Source: Catajapyx aquilonaris
Lineage: Eukaryota
Assembly (NCBI GenBank): GCA_000934665.2
Contig: JYFJ02002159.1
Span: 1-62,077, forward strand
Direction of reading: 5' to 3'
Length of the DNA stretch: 62,077 bases
Within the stretch, counting starts at the first letter, position 1. The number at the start of each line of letters is the position of its first letter. The notes beneath the pieces are model-generated. The model worked only from the letters and a program-made list of their open reading frames with translations. It was not told where the DNA came from and did not search any database. Positions 34,765 to 47,200 of the stretch are shown piece after piece. A program made the translations under genes and the position numbers.

Positions 34765-37700
34765 CTGATTTCTTAATCTTAAACTTTTCTTAATTTTAAT
34801 ATTAATCAGAGATCATTGTTATCCTTTCTGAGACTTGAACACTTTCTTGGGTGGCAGAATAATTATCTTTAGAGGCTGCAAATAAAATCACATGTCTAGG
34901 TGCCTCTTGGTATTATTACCCACCAAGAGGCACCTAGACATGTCATTTAGCAGATGACAAGTGACAATAACTTCATATTTCGATTAATATATTAGTCAAT
35001 TGGATTGTCAGAGTTGGTTACTGATACTTAGCATTTTAATAAAGGTTCTTCACGCACCTGTTGGATCATACAGTTCCACCTCAAAGCACTCATCCTTCTC
35101 TGGATCCATATCATCAATGATCTCAATCTGGATGATGCGTTCAGTTTCAAGGTGCTCAAAGACCAGTTCTCCTTCCGTTCCTCTGTAGTCCTTTCCTTGT
35201 GTGGCAGTGCGGTCTGAAGTGCGCCATTTAACACTGACAATTCCATCTGCTCCATTAACACGTTGGACTGGAATTTCTACTGTGCCAATGCTCTCTTTCA
35301 CGAGCAGACCACGTTTTGCAAATGTTAACACGCCAGGTTCTGAAATGAAGAAGATCATGTTGCTTAATTATCTGCTCCCTGTATTGGATTCAGTTATGGA
35401 AAGTTGGGTAATGAGGAGATGGGGAAGCTCTGTCTCAGCATCACTTTATGAAGGTAATCCTGTTAAATAAAACCCATAGTTCTTATCTGAGCTGACAGGG
35501 GCACTGACCATCATCATTGAGGATGGTGATCTCCATGATTGGCAGCCGTCCCAGCTGTATCCCTGGGTTGGCTAATGGTCCTCCAGGTAAGGAAAGGCGT
35601 AGAAAAAACTCCTCATCTGGCTCCCATTGAGAATCATCCACTATCTCTACTTCAATTTCCTTTCGTGTTTCTCCTATACCAAATTCTACAATCTGGTTCA
35701 TGGCTACAAAGTCCTCCCCTTCAGTTGCAGTACCCTCGATTGTTTCCACCCTGAAATAGCATTGCGTCCATTCACACTATAATGTCTACTTGAATGATGC
35801 CTTGATAGTGACCCCATATTTGTTACTTAAAATATTTAAAATGCCAACTACAGTAGAACTCCATAACTCAAACATCCATAAGTTGAAGTTCTCCATAAGT
35901 CATAGAAAATTATGGCATTAGTTAGTTTGTCACAGTGTCGTGTAATAGTTCGAATTAAATTTCCCTGTCAAATTTCTATATTTTAAGTTCTCCATAACTT
36001 GAACTGCTGTCAATAATTTATTATGGAATTTATAAATTTTTTAGTCTCATTTCTGCATGTCAAAGTGTAGCCTACTCATTGCAGGGGCAAAAGCTATTTC
36101 CATCCCCAAAACTTAATGCATTATCATGTAAGGAATTCAAGTAACAATTTGGTGCCTCCATTGCTTTTGATAAATGCATCATGTATCAACAGTACCACAG
36201 AGGTTGACACCTTTAATGATCATGAAAGATTAAAATTTATGTTGAGCATAAGTAGGTGGCATTCATAAAATCTGAGGCTTACCTGACTTTGACTGGTATG
36301 TCAAGCCTTCCCTTCCTTACAATAGCAACTGGAAACTTTCCAATGGCCTCTTTGACAGAGCACTGTGCGGCATGGAACTCAATGATGGCATTTAGCTCCA
36401 CATCAGTTGCAGGCAGTTGCCCTAAGTCAGGGGCTGTAGGGTTGGCATTGATGACATCATACACCTCCTTCAGTTTCATGCTTAGTTTGGGATGTAAAGG
36501 TTTGCCTCCACTAATACTTCTCACTGCTCCTATTCGGTACCACATTCGAGTGTGGGGTTGATTCTCCACAAGTCTGAGAAAAAGAGGAGGCATTTAGGTG
36601 GCTCGACCTCTTTTTTGGTGGCAGAGAAGGTTTGCCACTGCATGAATCCGAGGGAAATATGGGGAAGGGTTACATATGAGTTAGGCCTTGTTTACATTTT
36701 CGACTTTGTAGAGTTGACTGACTGCAGTGCGCAGGCGGCTGGCCTGAATGGAGAGCCTCCCAGTCGAAAGGAAATAGATCCTGCTTTAATCTGTGTTCGA
36801 CTGGGAAGACACGCCCACTGCAGACAATCGCCTCGACTCAGTAGACAATGTAAAATAGCCAATAGTTTGGGGTGATTCCCTAACATTTTTCACTAGCTTT
36901 GGAGTGTTGATTTTCCCTTCCATCTCAATTGAATGGATATATTAGCACATGCTTTCAGGGGATGCGAGTAGCCATCCATCTCTCCATTCATAAACATATT
37001 TGCATGTTACCGTACTCACTTGGAGGCTGCCAGAACAGCAGCATCCTCATCAGATAGGCCAGGGAATCGCCTCACTTCCTTGTAGAAGTCAACCAGAGCT
37101 TCACGATCCAGTTTGCCTCCTTTGAAGAAGCGACGCTCTCCGCTCAGCATTCTTTCAGCTGCATAAGTGACAGATGGAAAGAGAGGGGAAAAAAAGAAAG
37201 GCTGAAGCAATCCAATAAACCTTTCATGATTGTACATATACCAGCTCTACACATGTAAAGCAAGCGGTGTTGTGATCGTGGCGCTTTTTCTACTTAAAAG
37301 TGCTCAAGAGACAGTTACAGAATGTACCATATGGATATGTACCTGGTATTGGAACTTTTTGAATTGATGAGGATGTCGCCATACCATTTTCTATAATCAA
37401 TATTTTATGTATTACTGTAGCTGGCAAATAAGAAAATAAGATTCTAGGTTTGATATTAATTTTTTAATGTGTGGACCATATTTTGCAATTGCTCTGATCC
37501 ACCAATACGTGACTAATTCTGAAATAAAATGTGATCATTTACAAAGAAACAAACGTTGTTAAGTTATACATACTTGTACCTCAATTATTTCAATGTTTAA
37601 TAATTTAGTGTGGCTGGTGAAAGGAAATGATTAATATAGGGCTATTAAGTTAAGCTTTTCACAGGCCATGTATTAATTTGTGCCAATTGTTTAGATCAAA

Positions 37701-39104
37701 ATTATATTAGGCAGTATGACAATTTATTGGAATCATGAATTGGGTATGGAAAGATGACTGATGTAATACAGGATGTCTACCATGGAAACATTGTCATATG
37801 ATTATGATTATCTGGCATGATTGTATTATGATTATGATTTTTTAAAAGAATCAGTGGCTATGTTAACTTACATTTGCACAATGTCAGACTAGGACGAAAG
37901 GTCAAGCAAATTAATCTGTTACTCACCGGCACATGGGTTAGAATTAACATTTTGTATGAATGATTTTGTTTGCAGCAGCAGTAGTTGATAAGTAGAGCTA
38001 CCACACATAGGCATCTACACAGGCTTCGGCACTTTTTAGAGAAAATTAGCCTCGGATCACTTACACTCACCCGGCTGGAACTTGCCGAGCTCAAACTGCT
38101 TATCTGCGCCAGGCTCAGTCTTCTTTCGGGTGCAAGTTCCTCTGTCCACCAGCCAAGCGATAATGACCATCAGAGGGAAAAACATGAAGGTGATTAATGC
38201 CTCCCACAAGTCCACTTTACCTGGACTTGTTGCCTGCAAATACAAAAACCTCCCATTACAATTTACACTGGGAAAACTCAAAATGTCATGTAGCCTGCTG
38301 GTAGGTTGCTACCAAGCATGCAGTATCATGTTCCCTGTCTTCAGACTGTCCTCAATACTGACCTTCAGTACAAAGAGTAGCCACAGATAGGCAAGGATGC
38401 TGAATGAAGTCGTAAAGAGGAAGACGCCAAATGATCTGATCCGCCTGCTTTCACCCTTGGGTATGGCCATTACACACACAGCACAGATGCCCAGTAAGTT
38501 GAAAGCAGCAGAGCCCACTATAGTTCCTGGCCCCAGTTCTCCAGACTCAAATCCTCCACCAACGATCTCGATGACTGACAGGAGAATCTCAGGTGCAGAA
38601 GAACCCATGGCCATCAGTGTCAAGTTGGCCACAGTATCATTCCAAAGGCGAACTTCCAACACCTCAGTTTCGCCTTCTTTCGAACCAGCAAAGTAGATCT
38701 GCAATATAAATTCCACTGTGTACAATTTCGAATCATGGCAGCATGGTGGTTACCATAAATGTCGATGCAACATGAACAATTTATTCATCTGGGCTTAACC
38801 TTATGTCCTTAACCCCCGCGTTGTTCAACGATTGTGTCATACCTCCTGTGCGAGGTAAAATAATTGGAAAGCAAACCTTTCTCGTCTTGCTGGTGATAAC
38901 CTCGATAGCTCCCATGAAGATGTCGGCGACGATGGCTACTCCCATGAAGCAGTATATGAGTCCTATCAGGTAGAGGAGCGCCCTGAATCCTTGATTCCAT
39001 TTTGCCTCCTCCAAGAATATTGGCAAGAAGAGGCCTCCGTCGCATAATTTCTCTACAGTCACTCCCGGAGGCAGGTCGCTACCAGCAGCGGTCAGGTTGG
39101 GCAT
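32835..39104 (-). CDS. Na+/Ca2+ exchanger (SLC8/NCX/Calx family); exons 38877-39104, 38363-38698, 38071-38233, 37020-37158, 36283-36573, 35509-35750, 35058-35339, 33940-34326, 32835-33256 (about 829 aa)
   Basis: Alpha-1 repeat WNDTVANLTLMAMGSSAPE...GTIVGSAAFN; alpha-2 repeat VALGTSLPD...GNVTGSNSVNVF; two Calx-beta domains (EIVDDSQWEPDEEF, EIIDDMDPEKDECF); C-terminal GNAELGGP. Phases are consistent. Confidence 0.93.
34676..34761. repeat. (TTA)n microsatellite in NCX intron
   Basis: Seen directly in the sequence. Confidence 0.9.
34890..34943. repeat. Perfect hairpin with 22-bp stem and 10-nt loop in NCX intron
   Basis: ACATGTCTAGGTGCCTCTTGGT-ATTATTACCC-ACCAAGAGGCACCTAGACATGT. Confidence 0.85.
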
Positions 39105-42100
39105 TATTGTCGTGGCGAATGCCTGTTGACGGGAGAGAAAGATAGAGATTGTCAAAATATTGTGTTGCGGTAGTTCGTGGCGACTAGACTGCGTGAATGG
39201 CCTCCTTTCGATTATCGGGTTGGGAACGTGCGGGGGAACCACGCTTTTCACCCATGGATACCGTAGGAAACAAAACTGACACAATGATATACATGTCCTC
39301 TCAGGGGAAACTTCTCATGGTATGTAGCAGGATATCATGTTAAATTTAGGTATGAAATATGCTGTAAAGCGAAGGATATATGCCCGGAAACGTTCTTGAG
39401 CTGACTGTGACGAAAATAGCGCTTGTCACTTTCAGTATTATTGCCCCAGTCTTTTCACCTGTTTATTTTTATCGGGTGCAGAATGCGTGGCGTGAAATAA
39501 TATCAAGCTTCAGGAAGCGTCAATACAATGGGAAAAACAAACTTCGGAATCACTGTCCCATACCCTCATACCATGACAGCAGTTGGACGAGTCTTCACAA
39601 CCAAAAGTACTGCGCCTCGTGCCTCAAACAGACTATAATCAATATGCAGTGAACATACTCGGCATACCTTGAACGACCTCAAGGTCTTGCTAGATTTTTG
39701 TGGGATTATGTGATGATGATTGCGTTCCTTTCGTTATTTTTTGTTTCCACGAGTCGAATTAGTCACTGCCTACTTCTGTATGGGCAGTACAGGAAGTAAA
39801 ATGCACGTGATGGAATGAGGAGTAAAAGAGCAAAGAATGTATTGCATAATTGCCGTGACTGAGTACGGTAAACATAATTTTTTGTTGTACCGTTGTCACC
39901 GTGTGCCGATCGACGTACCCCTCCGACAGAAATAAACTGCCAGGAAGTTTGAGGCACTAAACAGGATGGCATTAGTCCAACTCATTAATGTATAGCGTTG
40001 AGCCTTAATTGTCTAAGTACTTCCAAAGGCCTTCATCAGGGCACTTCTTATCCTTATATTTTTTTGAGAGCCGGCGCCCTGCATATTATGCTCCAAAGAA
40101 CTTCCCGACACGCTTTCCAGCCCGCCGTCACGCCTTCATCTCCCCCAGGAATGTGATTCCATTCTGTTTTTCGTCGGGCCAACAACATTAGAGACCGCCG
40201 ACGGGCAGCCCGACGCCTACTTGGATATACGCTCTATCCATCGATTTCTCCTTGTGCTGAGAAACTTCTGTGCGTTTGGTAGACCCTGCCAAATTATTTA
40301 TCCGCAATTACACGTATACTGCAAAAATATTGACTCGCGTTCTGATGTGCGATATCAGTGCAAATGTTTCCCAAGTGGACACCGTGTTGACGGAAGAGGG
40401 TCTGATAACATAAGAACTGTGCCATTGCGTGGGAAAGCAGCTGGCGTTTCTATTTAATTGGGGTGTCCGGGGCATTGGGAGGCGGCGATGAGGCCACTCC
40501 CTCATCCGAATTACGGCATTTTGAGGTTACCCGGTCTCTGGTTATATCGCGCTCTCTTTGGGCAGTGACGATCTCGGCGTGTGGGATGAGTTACATGCTA
40601 TGTAAGAAAAGGGGAGGGGGAATAATAATGGAGCCGGTGGCCGTGACATCAGTGCGTGAGAAATGCACCTTTTTGCCGAAGGCTCTGTGACGTCACCTCT
40701 TGTCCTACTTGTACGCTTTGCTGGACACACCTTATTACAACTATTCCGAAACTTGGGGTTGGTTTGAAATCGCATCGCGTATATTGCTCGGGACATTCGC
40801 TGTCAGGGTGACATATGGTATGGCATTATAAATAGACGGCCTCGTGTCATATCAAAAACGATGCGACAAAATAATTTCAAACAGTGGTTCGTACATTGTA
40901 ATCATTCTAATGCGACGGAAACAGGGACTCTCAGCATCAAGGACCAAAGCAAACGGTTAACTTTGCCCTTGAAGTTGATTACAGAACCGCTTCCGATATT
41001 TCACACTCAGTTGGATGTTTTTAAGGGTCCGAACGCTAGTAGCCTACTTAGCTACATGACCGGGTATATGCCACATCACAATAATGTGCCATATGTTTCG
41101 CAAAAAAACTGCAAAATTGCGTGCAAATAAAAACGAACCCATATATGGGATGGAATTGGTCATGCGATCTTACCATATTTGCAGTGGAAGACTTGGAAGC
41201 AACGCCGAATGGACAGACACCCGGCTTTTCACATGAGTTGCGTCGTGCGTAGTGATCCGAGAGGGGATATCCTCCTCTGGAGAAACAGGGTGTATATTTG
41301 GCGAACTCTGCACCGAAAGAGTCCGCGCTTGAAAGCAATAATCCTCCGAGTGAGCGAACCTTGTTTCAAGGTAAGCAAGCCGGCGGAGTTGTTGCTGACT
41401 ACTCGATTGGTCAAGGCTGGGGAGGGACGGGCCACAACCGAAGAGCTAACCGAGCTAACCGCGGCATGAATGAGGCGGATGGCAGCACCAGTCCGACGGA
41501 TTCGGACGGATTATTCTTTGGGCCCACGCACTGGAACCACTTCCATCTCCTCGAATACTGTATTCGGCATGAGCCGTCAACTGCAGTTTAGAGACTATTA
41601 TGTATTGGGTAATCGCGGGTGTTGCATACTACCGGGGAGAATAACGCCGGATGTTATAATAACATCCGGTTACATTATTAATTTTTCCTCCGGATGAATT
41701 TCTTTTACCGTGCGTATGCGCGGTTGTGCCGTGGCTGGAGATGAAATTAGTATTCAACGGGCCCCCGTTATGCGCGGTTTGAAAATATCAAATGAATATT
41801 AATAAAAATGTCCCAAGTTAAAAATCCAACGTATATTTTCAGTACAGTACTGCATTCTTATAATTGTCCCATTTTATTGTTAACCGTGTTTGTAGACGTT
41901 TTCATGCGTGTAATTTGTTAATTAAACTTATGCATGTTGTAAAGAGCGTATGGTAGCCTATATGTGGATTCGGTTTATCCGCGAGAGGTCTTCGTAACGG
42001 GAACCCACTGGATTGGCGTGAATATCGTGCTTGTAGTGCGCACTTACGTAGAATTAAATTAATAGCCTCCAAGAAAAAGTTGAAATGTGTTGTACGATAT

Positions 42101-43675
42101 ACTGCTAGTAAAGTTACAAGTCGACGAACAGTGAAAACTATTTCCGATGACAAGTTTTTATGCTGACATTTTTGTGGACGCTATTGTGGACTCTAAATGA
42201 GCTTGATGGGAATATGCCGTGAAGGAAATGTATGTATGTATGTAAATGATGCCACACATATTTTTGTAAATGCGTGACTCTCGCGACTATAAAGCTTAGC
42301 TACGAGCGGGGGGCGATCGACGTAACTGAAACTGTGACTATTGTTGTTTTATAATTATAAATTCAAAATAGAGAAGGTCCGATAGACAATTCCGTATGCA
42401 GCATTGCTAGCTGGCGATACGATATCTGTGTATGTAGCTAGTCCCAAAATCTTTCAGATTGATGAAAAAGTGAATTTTTATTCTTAGCAAATTACAGCCT
42501 ATAACATGTTGAGCTCATTTTTCAAGTACCGTAACTGAGAAGTCATGATGTCGCATTGCGCTCTGTAATGAGTTTGGTTAAACACCCTGCTCAAGAATGT
42601 GTCCTGGGCAGTTGCTTAAGTAATGTTTTGTTTTTTAAAGTATTCAGTCAACCTTCAACTGTAGTTTTTTAATATTAAATTAATCGTCTTAGGGACAGCA
42701 TTTCGCCACGAGCTCTTCCAAGCCGTGACTTGAGGTATAAGCAAGAGAGTGCTGAACTGGCGAAATGATTCACATTCACATTCTTGCAGAAGAGAACTAG
42801 TAAGCTTATTTATTTCGTGCACTAAGCAAATGCCTTATGCAGGATTATCCAGCTAATCCCCCCTTACAAGATGCTTGTAACCTGTAGAGCTTTATAACGG
42901 TCCATTAATGTGAGTAAGTTTGAATTTCCCAACTATAGTGGTTTACTGATTATACTATGACGATGCCAACCAACTGTGCTGATTCGCGCAAGAGCATTAA
43001 AAAAAACACAAGTTAAAAGTTTAATCATATTGTTCTCATGCAGGTATTAACGTGGACCAAAGGATTAATGTTAACATGTGATGCGACCTACGTCGTACTA
43101 AAGTTATAGTCTACAGTAGGCTACTGTACGGTATACCTGCATACAATTGGGTACATTTCTAATAATGTAATGTTTTTCAGGGTCATTTGTATAAAACACC
43201 TTTAGTGTATACGAGGAGTAGGGCGTAGCCCTGGTTTTGCCACATTTATAACGCATTTATCGCTATCTCAAAATGCGGTTGATTCGCCAGCTGTCGCTCT
43301 GAATATAATGACGTGCTGCAGACTGCAGTAGTGCGGACTTGAGCACGCTTTTATCGGTTTGAACAGCTTGAATCACACCTTTCACTATCCCCTCGATTGT
43401 TGAAGTTTTTGGTATGTGAATTCTTCACGCATACTACGTAAACGGGAATAACCTGTGCATGCTAGGAGTCCTTTAAAAAAGTGTTTTTGGTTTTTATCAG
43501 TGATGTAATGGGACGAACTTCGATGGATGTCATTATAATTTGAAAATGTTCAAAAAGCAATGAAGCCAATGAATTTTCAAGTTTGCTTGAATTAATAAAA
43601 TATCAAGTACCCCGCTTCCTATAGACAGAAATGATGGGAAATCCATACTGAATTGCAGCGGAAGATTTGAGTGGG

Positions 43676-43708
43676 GTTTACCATGGCAACTCAGCGTTGT
43701 AACCAATC
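43676..43708 (+). promoter_or_regulatory. Putative DRG2 promoter elements: X-box-like site plus CCAAT box
   Basis: GTTTACCATGGCAAC (43676-43690) and CCAATC (about 43703) lie upstream of a GC-rich leader exon (acceptor TTTTGCAG at about 43908). Confidence 0.4.
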
Positions 43709-44287
43709 ACCGAGGGTTTTTGCAACACCCAACTTCCCCTGAAATCTCAGGAGTCGACAGCTCTTTTGCATGTCCAATATCTGGAAGCGCCCAAACTATT
43801 TGAGAATCCAACATGCCCGAGTCGATCGTATACGTGTTAGGTGTAGTTACATGACCCTCCCGTACAGTACATGTATGATCATTTCTGTAATGTCTCTTGG
43901 TTTTGCAGTTGGCGCCGTGTGCTTTGGCCACTTTCCGCCATCCGCCTGAGCAGCACCAGGCAAGTTGCCGTTGCCAGAGTAGCCAGAGCCAGACGCAGCC
44001 CTTTTGTGGAGCCCGGACGCCCGGTGGACAGCGGTGGAGCCCATCCTCGTCGTGGGGACCAGGGAGTATGTCCTACTCGTTGGTGGGGACTGGCAGGCAT
44101 TGAGCAGGTTCGCACGCTTCTTGGCTTGGCTCCTACCGTTGGTGCTGGAGCTTGCTGTGGGCAGAACCCAGGAGAGAACCTTGGGTGACTCATAGCGTGC
44201 CTGAGGCTCCCCCACGTGGCCGTCGACGGAGCGAGTCCGGGAGCAAGGGCTTCGGGGCTTTTGTAGGGATCACCTGCAGCTGCAGCC

Positions 44288-47200
44288 ATGGGAATCCTCG
44301 AGAGAATATCAGAGATCGAGAAGGAAATCGCTCGAACACAGAAGAACAAAGGTGCGAAAAGCATCGGCACTGCATTGGTGCAGTGAGTCTGCCGAATCAG
44401 AAACTGCAGATTTGGCGAGGCCAGGTGCACCCTGGTGACCAGAAGAACATGGATAGCTCATTTTGTTGCGTTTTCTTCTAGCCACCGAATACCATCTGGG
44501 TGTGCTGAAGGCGAAACTAGCCAAGTACAGGGCGCAGCTGTTGGAGCCACCAAAAAAGTCTGAGAAGGGGGAAGGGTTTGATGTACTCAAGTCTGGGGAC
44601 GCCAGAATTGCACTCATCGGGTTCCCATCTGTCGGGAAAGTAAGTCGTCCTTCCCATTTTGTTATGTATTACAAAGGATGTGATATTAGCTTAGAACTAA
44701 CTGAGAGTTCCACCAGAAACTGTTACTCTACTAGTGTACATGTGCTACTGTACCAAACCAGACCACCAAGAAAGGGACCTTTTTAAGATTCGTAGTAGCA
44801 CTTTTGCTTAGTTAAATTGCAGAAAGCTAAGCGCTGGGTGTGAGGTAACTTGGGAAGGTTTCCTTCTGGATGGGCATAATTGAGGGGTTTCTTGGAAGAA
44901 TCTGACATGTCAAGTGACAACAATTTTTCAGGAAATAAAAAAAACTGCCCACGGGTCGTACAAATTGCCTTAGCCAGTCTGTTTTTTTATTGTAGTGTGG
45001 ATGACACACCTGCATTCAACTATGCAAATTAGACCCTCTACAATGTTATTTAAAGTGATCATAATCTTAATTAGAAATTTGTGACGTATGGGGTTTTTCC
45101 GGAATTATCACAAAAACTACTTTATTTTCATGGAAATATGTACGTATATTAGCTCTTATGCATAGATTCATTGACCACACCAATTTCCTGATCATTTGAG
45201 AGGAAAATAACTCCTCTTATCGGATACAGTGCACCACCATGTAGATTGTAGAGGAACCAGACAACTGATAAAACTTTTCAGCTTTAGCAAGATGAAGTTC
45301 CTTTTCCTGCATGAGCTTGGAATTTTCAGGTACTTCGACACACACACTGCAATCCTGTATACACAAAATAGTCGCAAGTGTCGCTTCGAGGCGTGCCAAA
45401 CTGTAATTGTAATTCTGCATGAAAATGCTCCTGTAAACTTTCTAAATCACATGAAGTTCTTGCTTATTTTCGTCATATAACATTTTGTGCATGAGGCTGA
45501 TAGAAAGCTTTTTAGGAAGGTAATATAATTATGTACATGAGTGAATATTTTCTGCATGAGTAGCGAGACTCTACTAGCCTTGAAGGACTTGACATGTTTC
45601 ATGATGGCATCAATGGCATGGGCAGGGGTTGTCCTGGGGTAGTGCTTAGATCTTCTTGGGGACATACTATGCTTTACCAGATACTCCTGAAGCCTTCTAA
45701 TTATTCTATTATTCCATGAAAAATCTCACAGGTCACCGCTGACATAAGGGATTCTTCCGGGAAATCACACTTGACATGTGGGGTTTTGTGGGAAAATGTT
45801 GGAAGGGGCGGATTTTTCCCTTCAATATCTTCAACAACAGATTTATTTTTAAGAAATTAGAGAGAAGCATTGTATGGAGGGCTTCTGAAAGTATGTAACA
45901 CTACCCTTAACTCATTTTTTCAAATATGATGACATATGGGGTTTTTCCGAGAAAGCCCTCAATTATGACATTGAATTTATTTTCTCTAGTGACTTATTGT
46001 TGCTTCTCTCTTTCAATAGTCAACTCTCCTGAGCACTGTGACCACAACTCAAAGTGAATGTGCATCATATGAATTCACAACCCTGACTTGTATTCCTGGT
46101 GTGGTTGAGTATAAGGGTGCCAATATTCAGCTGCTTGATCTGCCAGGAATTATTGAAGGAGCTTCACAGGGAAAAGGTCGTGGAAGGCAGGTCATTGCTG
46201 TGGCCCGTACTGCTGACCTTGTTTTGATCATGTTGGATGCCACTAAAGGAGATGTACAGAGGGGTCTTCTTGAAAAGGAACTTGAGACAGTCGGGATCAG
46301 GCTCAACCGAGCAAAGCCCAACATTTATTACAAGGTGAGACATTTATGACACCTTGGCTCAGTCTGGGTTGTTCAGAATGATGGGAAGAGAGGAATTCTC
46401 TTCGTAGTTTCAAAGTGGTTTATATGTAACTTACATTTTCATAATTAGTGGTAGTGCATTATACGTATAGTTGTAGTATTTAGCTAAACATCGTATGCAA
46501 AAGTAAGAAAATTTGTGATTAATTGAACTGGAAATTTTAGACTTACTGTAATCCTAACGGTTGGCTCATGGTTGGACTTAAACCTTGATCAACTTCCCTT
46601 GCATAATAGAATGGGCTTTAAAAATTCTAGGGGATATTTGAAATAACTATTGGCCTAATGAATAGAAGCTTTGTTAAGTGACATTACTAGCCTCATAGTG
46701 TGTTGGTTTTGTCAGGACCACCAACTATTTCATTCAAGCAGCTTGGATAATTGTTATTGTGACATTTCTCTTGCAGACGAAAAAGGGAGGTGGCATATCA
46801 TTCAATTCAACGTGTCCCTTAACCCGCGTAGATGAGAAGATGGTACAGATGATCCTTCATGAGTATAAGATCTTCAATGCAGAGGTCCTGTTCAGGGAGG
46901 ATTGTACTGCAGACGAATTGATCGATGTTATATTGGCCAACCGTGTCTACCTCCCTTGCATGTATGTCTACAACAAGATTGATCAGATCTCTATTGAAGA
47001 AATAGATCGAATTGCAAGGCAACCACATTCAGTTGTTGTGAGGTATGTGCCATTATAACTTAGGGCCGGTTTCACCAAGCCCGGTTTTGATGAAACCCCA
47101 GTTCTTTAGGAAAATCCCTATTCTATTTGCAGGGGTTTAATCAAAACCGGCTTGGTGAAACTGGTCCTTACAGTCCTATTAGCTGATATTGTGAACGTTA

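Noticed and set aside
40015..40048. Hammerhead ribozyme core (CTGATGA on the minus strand)
   Set aside because: No correctly placed GAAA and no convincing stems I-III.
43847..44430. Minus-strand ORFs of 122-183 aa upstream of DRG2
   Set aside because: Antisense to the GC-rich leader and first exon; no recognisable domain or splice structure.
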